From positions 65,658,001 to 65,722,000 of the forward strand of contig NC_043002.1 of the NCBI RefSeq assembly GCF_006345805.1: a stretch of DNA of 64,000 nt. Reading direction: 5' to 3'. Below are positions 27,296-42,369 of this stretch, one piece after another (position 1 is the first letter of the stretch; each line of letters opens with the position of its first letter). A model generated the notes under the pieces. The model did no database searches and was not told where the DNA came from. It saw only the letters and a program-made list of their open reading frames with translations. This DNA comes from Octopus sinensis. Lineage: Eukaryota. A program made the position numbers and the translations under genes.

Positions 27296-28622
27296 CAATG
27301 CAGCATAAATTTGAATTTAATGCTTGATTTAATCCCCGAACAGAATATTGAAATTAACACTCACTTAGGTATTATGTCTGTGAATTAAAGGTGAGAAGCC
27401 CCAAAGGATACGGTACCCATTCCTGATTGGGCTTTGGCGTGACGCAAGTTGAAATGTTGTCCCTAGAATTATTATTCTACTGTATTTCCTGTATAACTGT
27501 GTAACTATAGGACGCAATCGAAGACATGATCTACAATACATGCGACTTTTATATTATTCATAAGACATACATTGACTAATTAATTATGGGCCGACATCGA
27601 AGACATAATTTGTTACATTCTATGTTTGTAGCACCTTAGCTTTGGAACGAAATCATAGACATAATATGTTAGAAAGATAATGTTTATATTACTCGTAGGA
27701 CAACTGATTGATAAATGAATATTGCTAATAAACTTTGACTTATATTACTGGTATATTTTTCAAAGATTCTACATCTCAGTGGGACAAATACTGTACTTCG
27801 TTCACTGGATTAGTGAGCTCAAACCTTACACCCGAACACTTCATTTAAAAATGTAGTCGTGCCGTAACAGAATAATATTGATTTCAAATTTTAGCACAAC
27901 GCCAGTAATTTTGAGAGAGGGTCTAAGTCGATTACATCTACTCCCAGTGCTCAACTAGTACTTAATTTCTCAACTCCCGAAAGGATGAATGCTAAAGTCG
28001 TCCTAGGTAGAATTTGAACTGAGAACGTAAAGACGGACAAGACGCTGCAAATCATTTCATCCGGCGTGCTGACGATTCAGCCAACTCGCCGCCCTTATAG
28101 CAGAATATTATTATAGATTATGTCTTTGATTGTGTTCCTTAAATTTCTGACTTCCTGGTGTATATAAAATTGTTTCTCGTTGAAGCATAAGGCCAATAAT
28201 TTTGAGGGAATGAGCTTAGTTGATACCATCAACTCAAGTTCTTGAGTGGTACTTTTGTTTATGATAATGGTAAGCAAAGCTGACTTCAGCGAGATTTCAA
28301 CCCAGAATGTAAAGTATAGGAACCAATCGCGCTATGCAATTTATTTGGTGCTTGAATGATTCCACCAGCTTGCCAGCTCGGGTTTACATGAGAAAATAAG
28401 AATAGATAAGAACTTCAATCGTAGAAAAAGTGATTAATGTTCTCTTCTGAAGCTGTGTTTTATATAGTATTTACGTGCACTTGACAGCCTCTCACGAATC
28501 AAACACTTAAGAAAAAGCCTACACCTTCATGGGTCTCTAGAAACTTCCCACAAACACAGTAATAATAATAATAATTATTATTATTATTATTATTATTATC
28601 ATTATTATTATCATTATTATTA

Positions 28623-28668
<46 letters not shown>

Positions 28669-28697
28669 CGTTATTATTGTTACTATTATTATTATTA

Positions 28698-29464
28698 TCA
28701 TGGATCCGTGAACAAGGTAGCACCAATAATCATACAATATATAACACATTCCATGAATAAATAGTAGACAGTGCTACAGCTCCAAGTAAAAGAAGAACTC
28801 ATAAAAACCAAAGCCATCCCATTTTCTACTTGGCACTGACACCTTTATCTGACATGGTAAACGGAACTGGATGCGGATACAATTGTTACGGCAAAATAAT
28901 CAGCCACCTCTTATATATGGACGATCTAAAATTGTGTGCTACAAATGATAAACAGTTGGAAATATTACTAGAAACAGGACATAGATTTACCAAGGAAATA
29001 AATATGAAATTTGGCTTAGAAAAATGTGCCAAAGGAACCTTGAAAAGAGGAAAACTAGCTACGAGTAGTAACATCACTCTAGATAAAGCAAATGAAATAA
29101 GAGAATTAGACAAATAACCAGACATACAAATATTTAGGAATCAACGAACTAGATACTACACAACATACAAATGAAAGAAAAACAAAGAATACTGAAAACA
29201 GAACTCAATGCGAAAAACAAGATAATAGGTATCAACACTTTAGCCGTCTCAATTATAAGTTACAGCTACAATTCCCTTAATAGGACACTAAATGAAGTAA
29301 ACAAAATAGTCAGGAAAACAAGAAAAATAATGATAGGATTTAAGATGCACCAACAAAAATCTGACATAGAAAGGCTATATAGATACAACGTATACAAGGT
29401 GGTAGAAGCCTTATAAAGTCAGAAAACTATTACAATATAACCAACGTAGGATTACAAAAATACC
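28698..29464 (+). mobile_element. Decayed R4/Dong-like RT fragment
   Basis: ISHLLYMDDLKL, MKFGLEKCAK and ELNAKNKIIGINTLAV, homologous to copy 2. Stops and frameshifts. Adjacent to (TTA)n and ends at a SINE A head. Confidence 0.85.
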
Positions 29465-29556
29465 AACTTGCCCAAGGTGCCACGCTGCGGGACTGAACCC
29501 GGAACCATGTGGTTGGGAAGCAAGCTTCATATCCACACAGCCACTCCTGTGACTAT

Positions 29557-29588
<32 letters not shown>

Positions 29589-29608
29589 CATATACATACA
29601 TATATACA

Positions 29609-29644
<36 letters not shown>

Positions 29645-30037
29645 TACATATACATACATACATATATATATATATAAATAATATATAAATATATGCATAT
29701 ATACATACATATATGTACATAACTACATATATATGTATATATACATGTATATTTGGGCACAGGACATCAAAAAAAACGAGACAGAATGAGAAACGAGAAC
29801 ATAAAAAACAAAAACATAGAAAACGAACTTTTTTCGAACAGCGAAAGAAACAGAGAAACGAGACATGCAACATGAAGATCATTCCCTTCATCAGCTGTTC
29901 CCTGTTTTATATATATACTCTGCGTATATATATATATGCGTGTGTGTGTGTGTGTGTGTGTGTATGTAATATAATGATAATGAGAAAGGAAGAAGAGAGA
30001 CAAACAGACAGATAGATGAATGTGTACGTTTGTTTGT

Positions 30038-30170
30038 ACGTGGTCTGATCAATAAGTATCCGGACTGTTGCCATAGTAACGAAGCTATAGCACGCAGTGT
30101 GAAGCTGCTTGACATAGATTGACCCTGAATTCCGTACGAAGTCTTAACGTTCTAGCTCACGCCCGCTGTT
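30038..30170. mobile_element. Possible mariner-type terminal fragment
   Basis: TACGTGGTCTGATCAATAAGTATCCGGAC resembles a mariner TIR after a TA. No partner end found. Confidence 0.4.
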
Positions 30171-30621
30171 ACATTTACTTTACTTTACATGATTATGATC
30201 TTACGTTAGCATTCAAGTCTTTCTCAGTTATCTCCCTTTGGGCTGTAACTATTTTGAATGGTGAATTTGTTAACTTTGGCTTGTATTAGATAAAGAGAAA
30301 CTACTTATTACTGTTACTAAGTTTTCTTCAACCACCTTCACATTCCATGACTAACACTGGGATCGATCATGTACCGGACAATGATTCTGGATTATTTTTC
30401 CGGTTTTTTACTTAATTTTTGAGATCGGTTGGGTTCGTTTTTAGTATTTTCCTTTGTGAGAGCAGTCGAATTTATTTCAGACATTTTCATTTTAAAAATC
30501 TCTGGCTAATCGTTGATAGGACGTTGGCGGAGGTTTGCGCTCTTGTTTTCTTATTGCTGTCTGTTTCTTCACAAGAAGTGTTGCATGTTTCACAAAGAGA
30601 CAGAAAGACGGAGATAGAGGA

Positions 30622-30652
<31 letters not shown>

Positions 30653-31065
30653 AGAGAGGGAGAGAGAGAAAGATAAGAGACAGAAACACAGAGCGTCAGC
30701 CAGATGGAGAGATCTGGTGAATGTGAGAAAACGAGAAAAGCTACAGATGGATGAGAGCAAAGAGAAAGTAGGAACTTAATGTTTTGTACACGGAAAAAAA
30801 GACGCAACGAAGAAAGTGCGCATTACCCTAGAGCAATGCGCACCTCCCTCTTTCTCTCTCACCCTATCTCTCTACCTATCTGACTGTCTATCTATCTATC
30901 TAGCTAGCTATGTATATCTCTATCTCCCAAATCTCTTTATCACTGTTTCTCTCTCTTTCTGTCAACCTCGCTCTCACGTCATTCTTTTTCTCTCTCACAC
31001 ATTATCTCACTCTATCTCAAATCTATTTCCCTCAACTACTTCTTTTCTTTTCTGGGCAATCAATA

Positions 31066-31137
<72 letters not shown>

Positions 31138-31301
31138 CTCTCTCCTTTCGCTCCTTCCCCTCTCTCTCTCTCCTTCCCCTTTCGCTCCTTCCCCCTCTCT
31201 CTCTCTCTTTGACTCTCTTTCTGTCACACACACATACACACACCCTTGTTTTTCTCAAATTCTTCAGTTTTCTTCTCTACCCAATCAATATTCTCTCTCT
31301 A

Positions 31302-31336
<35 letters not shown>

Positions 31337-32116
31337 TTCGCGCTCTCTCTCTGTCTCTATCTCTCAACCTCTTTCCTACTACCTCTATCATATACTTCCT
31401 CCACCAGCCAGTGTCTCAACATAGCAAAATTAACCTCACATTTTACATGTTCTTCTATAATTCAATTTCACGTTTGCTATTTGTCTATTTGACTTGGCGA
31501 TGTTTAGTTAATCTAACAACAATGTATGCATAAAAGTACATATCTGTAGGTACGCATGTGTGTACGTATGTACGTATGTATGTGCGCATGTATGTATGTA
31601 TATATATATATATATTATATATATATATATGTACGTTTGAATTTTTGTACGTATGTTTGCGTGTATGTATGCATATATACGTACGTGTGCGTGTATGTAT
31701 GCATATATCATATATATATATTATATGTGTGTGTGTGAGTGTGTGTGTTCATGTTTTTATATATATATGGAACCATATGTATATATATTTGTGTGTGTGT
31801 ACGTATATGTGTCTCTATGTGTGTGTGTGCGTGTTTGTGTGTGTTTGTGTGTGTGTGTGTGTGAATCTATGTGTATTTGTGGTATTTATGATTGTATGTA
31901 TGTATGTATGTATGTATATTCAGAACATACGAATATTTCATTTTAATTCATGACTGAAAAAAGGAGACACAAAATGACCGGCAGAGTATTTTTAACGTAA
32001 AATTCACGCATTTACACACGTGACACACACACACACACACACATACGCACCAATGTATATACATACAAACATACACACATATAAATATACACACATACAC
32101 AAACACCATACATATC

Positions 32117-32155
<39 letters not shown>

Positions 32156-32495
32156 ATATAAACGTCTGTGTCTTAGTGTGTATACATATACATATATGCA
32201 TACATACATACCAATGGGCATATATATATTTATATATATATACATATATATTTATACATACATATATATATATATATATATATTTATATACACACTTTTA
32301 TATAAGTGGATACATATATGTCTGTATGTAATGTATTTATATATGCGTCATCAAGGTATTACATCCACCAGGAAAAACAATTTATCGACTGCCTAGAGGC
32401 ATATATTTCGTGCAGACATAGTTATTTACATACACGCATGTAGTACATATTTATATATATACATACTATCTATATATATATATATATATATATAT

Positions 32496-32539
<44 letters not shown>

Positions 32540-32624
32540 GTGTATTATGTATATGTATTTATGTATGTATATACGTATATATATTATATATATATATACA
32601 TGTTGACAAATAAATGCATATGCT

Positions 32625-32671
<47 letters not shown>

Positions 32672-32755
32672 GTAAATGTTAAACAACGAGAACGAGTGCT
32701 CAACAAAAACGTTTCTCTATGTATTAAGTCTAACATTGGTTTTATGTTAAGGAAA

Positions 32756-32867
32756 ATATCTTAATATCTAAACAATTTTTGAAGACTATCGAGAAGGTAA
32801 GTATATATCTATAGTCTTCAAAAGTATATATCGATAGTCTTCAAAAATTGTTTAGATATTAAGATAT
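32756..32867. repeat. Perfect 37-bp inverted repeat
   Basis: 32756-32792 is the exact reverse complement of 32831-32867. Confidence 0.9.
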
Positions 32868-33491
32868 ATATATATACATATGTACGTAGGTACAATCAAG
32901 AAGGTGAACCACAATGACCTTTTGCGTGCACAGTTTGTGACAGACTAAATCTTTCTTTTGCTTGGCTCAAATCTCATTTGCAAGCCCATAAAAAACGAAC
33001 CTCAACAAAATATTCTGCCGATGTCTGAGCATACCTTTCAATGACAGGTATACTATAAGGTCTATAAATCTAACATAGGCCTCAAAGGACATTTTATGAT
33101 CCACAAAGATCAGAACTTAACTGCAGTTCTTGATGGTCCAAATCGGATATGCAATGTATGTTAGTGTCTTTTCAATATATTGTCTGGTTTAAAAAGCCAC
33201 ATCAGGCGCCATGATGGATCTAAATTTTAGGTACGAGGGGTGGTCAGACTCAAAATTAGGAGTAGACAACCAACATATACGTACATACATTGCAAAATAT
33301 ATACACAGACACGGCAGTTACATAGATGTACAGTCATGCACAAATAATCATGAATATTTACATATGTCTGTGTTAATGAGTGTAATTGTATACTCATATA
33401 CGTAAACTATACATTGCTGGGTGTAGCTATGCATATATGTGCATAAATTTGCTTATATATATATATATATATAACCACTGAGCACCACCTT

Positions 33492-33533
<42 letters not shown>

Positions 33534-33782
33534 AATATACATATATGTACCGTATACATATGCATTTACATATATATATGTGTATGTGTGTGTAGATAGA
33601 CAGACAGAGAGACAGACAGAGAGATAGGTAGATAGATAGATAGAGAGAGAGAGAGAGAAATGGAGGGAGGGAATTATTCATTTTTGTATGTACGTATATT
33701 CTTACACACAGTCATTAATATTGAGTACATGTGATATATTTATGAGTAAATATGTACACGCATATATATATATATATATATA

Positions 33783-33985
33783 TAACAGGAAGCTTTACGA
33801 AAATAAACAAAAGCCGAAGGCAGGTGGAGTACAAACAAACAATTGTATTAGTATGGCGCTCAGGAATAGAAATAAAACAAGTCTTTTACGTTTCGAGCCT
33901 ACGCTCTTCAACAGAAAGATACTCAGAAAAGAAACACGGAGAGAAAAAAATGCGTGCAGTAGCTAACGAATCAACATGGCGGTCT
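33783..33985 (-). mobile_element. Short (TA)n-embedded repeat, Penelope pseudo-LTR-like, with a variant hammerhead motif at 33882-33919
   Basis: Minus strand reads UCUUU-CUGUUGA-A-GAGC-GUAG-GCUC-GAAA-CGUA-AAAGA. Related copy at 48620-48815(+). Confidence 0.6.
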
Positions 33986-33986
33986 A

Positions 33987-34021
<35 letters not shown>

Positions 34022-34023
<2 letters not shown>

Positions 34024-34560
34024 TGGCTGCCCACTCGTTATCGAGTATGGCCATTGCACGAATCTTAATCAAAGTTGTTATCGTGCAATGCCTGTGCAAG
34101 AAGAATTTTTTAAAGTGAGGAAAGGCTGTGCACTGTGTCAATCCCACTCACTAAGCAACAGTAGCCATAATCCGAAAAGAAGAACAAGTTAACATCATCG
34201 GTAACCACTGAGCCGCAGGTTTTATATCGGAGTTATCCCAGTTACCTGAGTTACCTTCTCCTAGAAGCATGCCCTAACTAAGGCTAGGAGTCCTTCACTC
34301 CCAATGGTTAATCCGCGCGATCGGGTATTCAGTCCGATTATTTCTATGTCCCCGCGCACGATACAGACTTAAGACATTTATTGGATGGCCGTTGACTCTC
34401 AAGTGTTCCTCCGCCCTTTGACAGGTTTTGTTTTTCATTCAGCAGGGTGTCCAATAAACACCCTCCTCACTAAGCAAGTTTGGTGGGATTGCCGATTTAG
34501 TCGCCGACGACCCGACCATACAACAGGTTGTACTGGTTTACATGTTACCAGTAGCACTTG
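34022..34560 (-). mobile_element. Non-coding repeat resembling an RTE-type 5'-UTR-derived element
   Basis: GC-richer island between (TA)n tracts. CCTTCTCCTAGA..CTAAGGCT recalls reversed RTE 5' UTRs. Several hairpins. Confidence 0.35.
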
Positions 34561-34601
34561 AAAGTGACCTGACATAAATATATATATAGACATACATACA
34601 T

Positions 34602-34632
<31 letters not shown>

Positions 34633-34641
34633 ATATATATA

Positions 34642-34701
<60 letters not shown>

Positions 34702-34993
34702 GTGCAAGCTCTGTGTATATGTTTATGCAATACACACACACACATATATCTTCATACATCTACACATTTTGTAGTTTAAATATTCATCTTTCCACCCAGA
34801 TGTTTAATATATTTATAAAATCTTGTATACATATATGGGAACACATATGCCTATGTGTGTGTGTATGCGTGTGCGTGTGTTTATGCAAGTCTGCCTGTCT
34901 ACCTGTTTGTCTGTATGTGTATAGTATGCATGGGGGTATGCATGCATGCATATATATATATATATGCTTTTATGTAGGTATACGTATCGACAT

Positions 34994-35032
<39 letters not shown>

Positions 35033-35280
35033 AACATACAGGCACATGCGCCGCACACCTGCGTATACACAAGTACAGTGGAACGCAGTGTGTATACGCC
35101 AATACATACTCACACCTGTAGATACGGTTGAAGTAACATCTCCTGATATTCTTCGATAGATTTGCAAGATTTGAACAAAATTCAGTGAAGCATGGAATTA
35201 CATGTTTTTACTGTATTTGTTGATGTTATCTATTTTGTGGTATTATATTTCTTATCATTTTAACTGTACTATTATTCATT

Positions 35281-35282
<2 letters not shown>

Positions 35283-35366
<84 letters not shown>

Positions 35367-35475
35367 GTCGTCGTCGTCTTCGTCGGTGATTTTGCTGCTG
35401 TTATTTTCATCATCATTATTACCATTAATATTCTTCTTTTTCTTCTTCTTCTTGTCATTATTATTATTATTATTA

Positions 35476-35540
<65 letters not shown>

Positions 35541-35587
35541 GTTATTATTATTGATATTATTGTTATTATTATTATTATTATTATATT

Positions 35588-35620
<33 letters not shown>

Positions 35621-35763
35621 GTCGTCGTCGTCGTCGTCTTCGTCGGTGATTTTGCTGCTGTTATTTTCATCATCATTATTATCATTCTTCTTCTTCTTCC
35701 TCTTCTTCTTCTTCTTGTCGTTATTATTATTATCATCATCATCATCATTATTATTATTATTAC

Positions 35764-35797
<34 letters not shown>

Positions 35798-35798
35798 G
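35283..35798. repeat. Compound (ATT)/(ATC)/(CTT) microsatellite with internal duplication
   Basis: GTCGTCTTCGTCGGTGATTTTGCTGCTGTTATTTTCATC occurs twice (~35375, ~35635). Confidence 0.93.
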
Positions 35799-36599
35799 AT
35801 GTGAAAGGAGGTCAATAATATATAAGAATGTTAAGTATTGGGTGCACTGATAGCTTTACTAGTATGGAGAGTTATAAGGGAAAATTATTTTATTTCGTGG
35901 CGTGTTTTGTAGCACAGAGGGGTTACGAAACGAGGGGAAGTGTTGCGAGGTGAATGCTTCCTTTTGGGTCTTCCTTAGCGTGACTGATATCGATGCAGAG
36001 AATGGCAGAGAGAAAAGGAGCGTAGAGAGTGAAAGAGAGAGAGAAATAGTAGTAATGTTCACCGCATCAAGAGACAGAACTGAATGCAAACAACCTTACA
36101 GAAATGTAGTTTATAAGGGATAAATGTTCATATTTGGTAGTCAAACCAAGAAGCGTGACGAACAGGCAAGGTATGTGAATATCAAAAGCTTATCTACCTT
36201 AGTTGTCACCAGTGATAAATGTTATTCGGAATCAACGAGAATATTGCATATGTCTATGTTGTGAGTAAAACCGGAGCAACAAAAAAAACACCTCAGTAGC
36301 TTTCGGAAAGTATAAAAGTCAAAGATGCCTACATTGACTAAAACCATATCCAAAAATACTTTTCACAGAGCCTGATCAACCATCAACATTTACTTATCTA
36401 CACTGTTTACTTGAACAACCCCCGCAACTTGGAGGTCAACACTTGGAAGACACTAACAACATCTTATATGTTCCACATCAACAGCAGCCCTGACAAAAGC
36501 TATGCTGAACAGAATGATGGAAGTTGCGGTTTAAGGCTGGTCCATGCGGCTTTTTTATTGCTGCATCATACCACTAGACTACATATACTAAAACATAAA

Positions 36600-37450
36600 T
36601 GGGGAAATTAGTGTATTTCTTGCATTAAAAAATGATATTAAATTCATAAAGTGAAAAAACTCCTGAACAGTTATTTCTTTTGTACAGCCATTCCATGTAA
36701 ACCCAGTGCGGCTTGAAGATAAAATACAGAACCTTGACGATAAAATAGTCGTCATACTAAAGAATGGTATACATGAGCAAGTTAGAGAATACCGACATCT
36801 TTGACAGGAATAGTAGCCTCTCCTTGACCTGTGATAGCCGTTACCTACAATATTATGTCTTTGCTATACAGGAAATACGTGATAAACAAAACAGATAAAG
36901 ATACCTTTTGATCTGCACGCCATGACTGAAAAATGTTGATAGTGTCATACCAGCGTAAAAGATATCACCCATATCATCATTTGCAGTTCGAAAATATCTA
37001 CAAAAGACAACCTTCTATTGAGGCAAGACAGTTTTATTAAATCTACTGACAATGCTATTCGCAGGAGGTATCGATCAGATGACCATACTAAAGGTACACC
37101 AGAACAAGAATGTATTGAATTGATTAATAAAAATGTTTTAATGGAGTAAGAAATTTTGCTTGAAGCATTCTTCAAATTGACGAGTGAGATTTTGAAAACT
37201 AAGGAACGTGTTACATTTCTAGCATGATCTGATAACACTAATTCCTATGTAAGTCCGCTGAAATGCCTTCTTTATCCTTTATAGGGGTAAACTATTGTTA
37301 GTTTCCCTCCTGTCTGTCTCCTTTTAAATGTCTTATATTCTAAGCAATGTGGTATAGATTTGATAAGGAAAGGATGGTGTTAAATTGGTATGTCTCTGTA
37401 GAATCTTAGTGGATCAAATATGGGATCGATCAATATCCATGATTACTGCA
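36600..37450 (-). pseudogene. Ancient LINE reverse-transcriptase relic
   Basis: Minus-strand remnants in RT order: TYIGISVI (cf. NYRGISL), GQGEA (cf. QGD/QGS), YDDYF (cf. YADD). Many stops. Confidence 0.4.
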
Positions 37451-38500
37451 TCGCAGAATTTTGAAATGCCAACCTATCTGAAACGCGCCTAAGAGAATGG
37501 AAGAGTGCACAATTCTCCATTCTTTGTGTTTTTCTTCTACACTTTGTGACCATATACATTTACATACACTCACACACACACGTTTATAGATAAATATACA
37601 TATATATATATATATGTGTGTGAGTGTGTATAGATATGACTATATATAATCAGGTGTTGTTATAATAATGCATGCATGTGTGTGTGATTGTGTGTGTGTG
37701 TGTATGAATGTATATACACGTACACACATGAACGAATTTAACAGTCACGATGTCATCAACAAGAAGATGATAAAACAACAAGCATAATTACTCTATTGTT
37801 TACCAAGACAGTGATCTAATGCCAAGGTTGGCTGACTACAACAAAGCCTAGTCATGGAGAGCGGATATTCGTTAAAATAAAAAAAAAATATATATATATA
37901 TCTTAATCACCTTATTAGCAGTAGGAGGAGGAAGAAAGAGGACGGGGAACAAGAAAAAGAAGAGCAACAACAACAACAACAACAATAAGATCACCTCCAT
38001 TCACATCCTAAACATTATTACTGTGACTTCATTATCATTAATAAATTTAAGAAATGATTATTGTCATCTACATCACAGCCATCACATTGTCGCCTTTTTT
38101 TACATCTTCCCCATCATCTTTCCCCTTATTTTCATCATCTTCTCCTCATCCTTCAACTTCTACACCTGCTACCTCTACTCCACCTCCTACTTCTACAACT
38201 AGTGCTGCTTCTCTTACGCTTATTCCACCTCTTCGAACTCCTCCTCCTCCTCCTCCTTCTACTTCAACTGCTGCACCCTCGTACTTCTCTTATCACTCCT
38301 CCTCCTCCTCTTTCTACTTCCCATTGTCATCATCATTGCCATCAACATAAACGCCATTATTACCACAAGCTCTAACATTATTATTATGTTCCTCATCATT
38401 ATCATCATTATCAACATCGTCATTTTGGCTAACCCTAATTATCATCAACATCATAATGAACATCATCATCGTTGTCATTATTTCCTTCGCTACCATATTG

Positions 38501-38542
<42 letters not shown>

Positions 38543-38839
38543 GTTCTCATCCTATTTGTCATCATCGTCAATAGTAACAGCGGCAGCAGCAGCAGCAGCA
38601 GCTTCTTGATTGTACTATCAGATTCCTTTTCATCATCATCTATACCATCATTACCCAGATTTTCGCCCTTAGCACTTATGCATTTTTTTTCAAACCTGAC
38701 ATTTATTCTATCAGTGTCTTTTGCCGAAGCGCTAAGCTACGAAAACGTTACCAAAGCAACACCGGTTGTCAGATGGTGGTGGGGACAAACATAAACACAA
38801 AGACACGCATACATATAAACATACACATACACATACACG

Positions 38840-39072
38840 AGGGCGGCGAACTGGCAGAAGCGTTACCACGCAGGGCGAAATGCTTAGCAGTATTTCGTCT
38901 GCCGCTACGTTCTGAGTTCAAATTCCGTCGAGATCGACTTTACCTCTCATCCTTTCGAGGGTCAATTAAGCAAGTACCAGTTACGCACTGGGTCGATATA
39001 ATCGACTTAATCCTTTTGCCTGTTCTTGTTTGTTCCCTCTGTGTGTATCCCCGTATGGGCAGTAAAGAAATA
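38840..39072 (+). mobile_element. SINE family B
   Basis: Colinear with 10621-10850. Confidence 0.85.
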
Positions 39073-39141
39073 ACAAACATACACATACATACACTCACAC
39101 ACACAGTTTATAGATAAATATACATATATATGTATGTGTTC

Positions 39142-39214
<73 letters not shown>

Positions 39215-39241
39215 GTTTCTATGTATATATAGTATATATAG

Positions 39242-39272
<31 letters not shown>

Positions 39273-39472
39273 TATGTATGTATCTATGTATTATGTATGC
39301 AAGTATTCATTCTGCATGCATACATGTATGTATGTTATTTTTCAGTTTTATTTCAAGATTTCTTGCCAATAGAGAAAGAGCCGGTTTCTAACCTAGATCC
39401 AAGGCCACTTCACTGGAATTTCAACATCAGGGTATTTTTTTGTATTGTATGTATGTATGTATGTATGTATGC

Positions 39473-39505
<33 letters not shown>

Positions 39506-40944
39506 TGTATGTATGTATGTATGTATGTGTATGTATGTATGTATGTATGTATATGTGCAGATTTGTATGTTTTGTTTTATGTATGTCCTCTCATGCATAA
39601 ACTTGAATATCTACACATGCTCATATATACTTAACTGATAAACTTCTAGAAAGTTTTACAGATATTTACAGTTCCAATGATGGATTGGAACTGTAGACTT
39701 TCAATCAGCTTTCTCCTTTTTTGAGAAGCCTAATTTCTTTTGATTGGTATTTAGGCAGTGCGTTACATATTCCAGTGCACCAATAATTTAAATCGGATAT
39801 AAACTTGAACTTGTAATCTGGATAGAGTAACTGCAGATTTCTATGCATGTATGTATGTATGTATGTATGTATGTATGTATGTATGTATGTATGTATGTAT
39901 GTATGTTTGTATGTATGTATGTGTGTATGTATGTATGTATGTTTGTATGTACGATAGGATTCCACATAGTTCCAGTCTACCAAAGTGATTCACAAAGCAT
40001 TGATTGGTCCAGTGATGTAGCAGAAGGCACTTGCCCAACGTGTCGTGGAGTGAGAGTGAACCTGAAATCGTTTGGCTGCAATGCGAGGTGCTTAACCACA
40101 CAGCCGTACGCATGTATACGTGTTTATGTGTGAGCGTGTATATGCATGTGCGTGTAAATGTGTGTGTGTCTCTCTGTCTGTGTGTGTATGTGTATGTGTG
40201 AGCGTGTATGTGTGTGTGTGTGTGAGTGTGAGTATGTGTGTGAGCGCGTTCCTATTGCTTCCGAATGTGTACGTATGTATTCATTACAATATATCCATTT
40301 ATAATTATGTGTTTATATCACAGAGAATTTGGCATATATGCATATATGTGTGCAAACATTTTTATGTGCGTATGAGCATGTATAGTATGTAGGTGTGTAT
40401 GTGTGTAAATACGTGTACATGCGCGCTTGAACCTTTTGATATAGCAAGCTGCTTACGTATAACTTTATATATGTGCATGCATTATACGTGAGTTTCAAGC
40501 CATGCCTGTTATTAAACATGGTAATAGACGAAAACACGGCACAGACAAAATTACATTTAATTGGAAAAGACACACGCATGCGCACATATACACACATACA
40601 TACATGAATAGAAATACTAATACCTATCCATAGAAGTATAGAAGAGCACATATATATAAACAAACACAAATACACACTCATCAATACAGATGTATATGTA
40701 TATGCCTCTGCACTCATATAATTTGTGTGTGTGTGTCTGTGTATGTGTGAGCGCGCGTGCGTGCGTGCATGCGTGTGTGTGTGTGTGTGTGTGGTGTGTG
40801 TGTGTGTGTGTATAAATCCATGTTTATGTTCATGTCTACACAAATATAGGTTTCTGTATATATTTAGCCATTTATTAACCACAACATTAAAAGCGTAATT
40901 GGAGAATGGGTCTCTAACTGATCAAGTCTAATCGGCGCCACAGG

Positions 40945-41350
40945 ATGGAAGAGGAGAAGGAGGAGGAGGAGGAGGAGGAGATGAGGAAGAAGCAAGTAGT
41001 GATGGGGATCTGTAGGAAGAGGAAGACGACGATGTCGATGGTTACAATGGCGGCAACGACTGTGATGATGATTATGATAATAATGATGACGACAACCATG
41101 ACAATGACCCCGACGATGAAAATGATGATTACGATGATGATGATGATTATGATAATGATGACGAAGACAACAACGATGACAATAACCCCGACGATGAAGA
41201 TGATGATCAGGATCATGATGATTATGATGATGACGATGATGATGACGATGATGATGACGACTATGATGATAATGATATGATAATGGCGATGATGATAAGG
41301 ATGAAGATGAGGATGATGATGAGGATGATGATGAGGATGATGATGAGGAT

Positions 41351-41384
<34 letters not shown>

Positions 41385-41411
41385 CTATGATGATGATGAT
41401 AGGATGATGGC

Positions 41412-41447
<36 letters not shown>

Positions 41448-41488
41448 TGATGATGATTATGATGATGATGATGATGATGATGGCGATT

Positions 41489-41529
<41 letters not shown>

Positions 41530-41570
41530 GATAATGATGATGGCGATGATGGTAAGGATGATGATGATGT
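40945..41570. repeat. (GAG)n/(GAT)n degenerate microsatellite
   Basis: Directly visible. Confidence 0.93.
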
Positions 41571-42332
41571 TAATCAGACGACGACCATAACGATTATTAC
41601 AATAAGGTATACGTCGGCGCGACGACGACGACGGCGATGTTGACGATTTTGACTATGGTAATGATAATAACGATGTGAAGTTTACTTGAAGAAGCCGAAG
41701 GAAAATCTAAGAGACAACAGATATACGTTCATCATACATACATATACATAAAGAACGAAAGGAAGGAAGGAAGCAAGGAAGCAAGGAAGCAAGGAAGGAA
41801 GGAAGATGGGAAGAAAGAAAGAACAGAGCAAAAAGAAAAAGGAGGGAGATTTAGAAAATGTGGAGTAGGGGACAGCAAACGGAGTAGATTTAAAAGATTA
41901 AAGAAACGGCAGATAATGTTCGATATACGGTTGTATAGCAAATACAGAACGATAATCACTCTTAAACACAAGAATAATAGAGATCAGTTCGTGTTTATTG
42001 TCAAAGCGGTTGACAAGTATTGTCATAATAGAGGTCAGACTCTTTGGCATGGTTTGACCTGAAGACATGAAGACTCCAGGACGAAAAGGTCAGTCAGACC
42101 TGACATTGATGAGTATCTCTAATAAGTTCTATAGCCGTCATTTGCTTCTATCTCCCACATCAAACGTTGCCGTTCAGATCAAACGTTATTTCAATATCAT
42201 ATAACCTTGGTGTATAATCAGAAATATTTATATACATATGTGTGTGTGTGTGTGAGTGTGTGTTATCTGTCAATCTATCTCTTCCCATGCAACATGCATG
42301 TATATGTGTATATCGTTATGTGCGTATGCATG

Positions 42333-42369
<37 letters not shown>

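Noticed and set aside
29860-29905. Minus-strand CAGCTGATGAAGGG (related sequence near 63570)
   Set aside because: No properly placed GAAA-stem III-UH downstream; at most a relic.
39370-39435. Minus-strand ..GCCTTGGATCTAGGTTAGAAACCGG hammerhead-like 3' half
   Set aside because: No CUGANGA core at the required position.
42055-42100. CTGAAGA..GAAA..GTC hammerhead-like spacing and clustered AGGTCA half-sites
   Set aside because: Stems II and III do not pair, and the half-site cluster may be chance.
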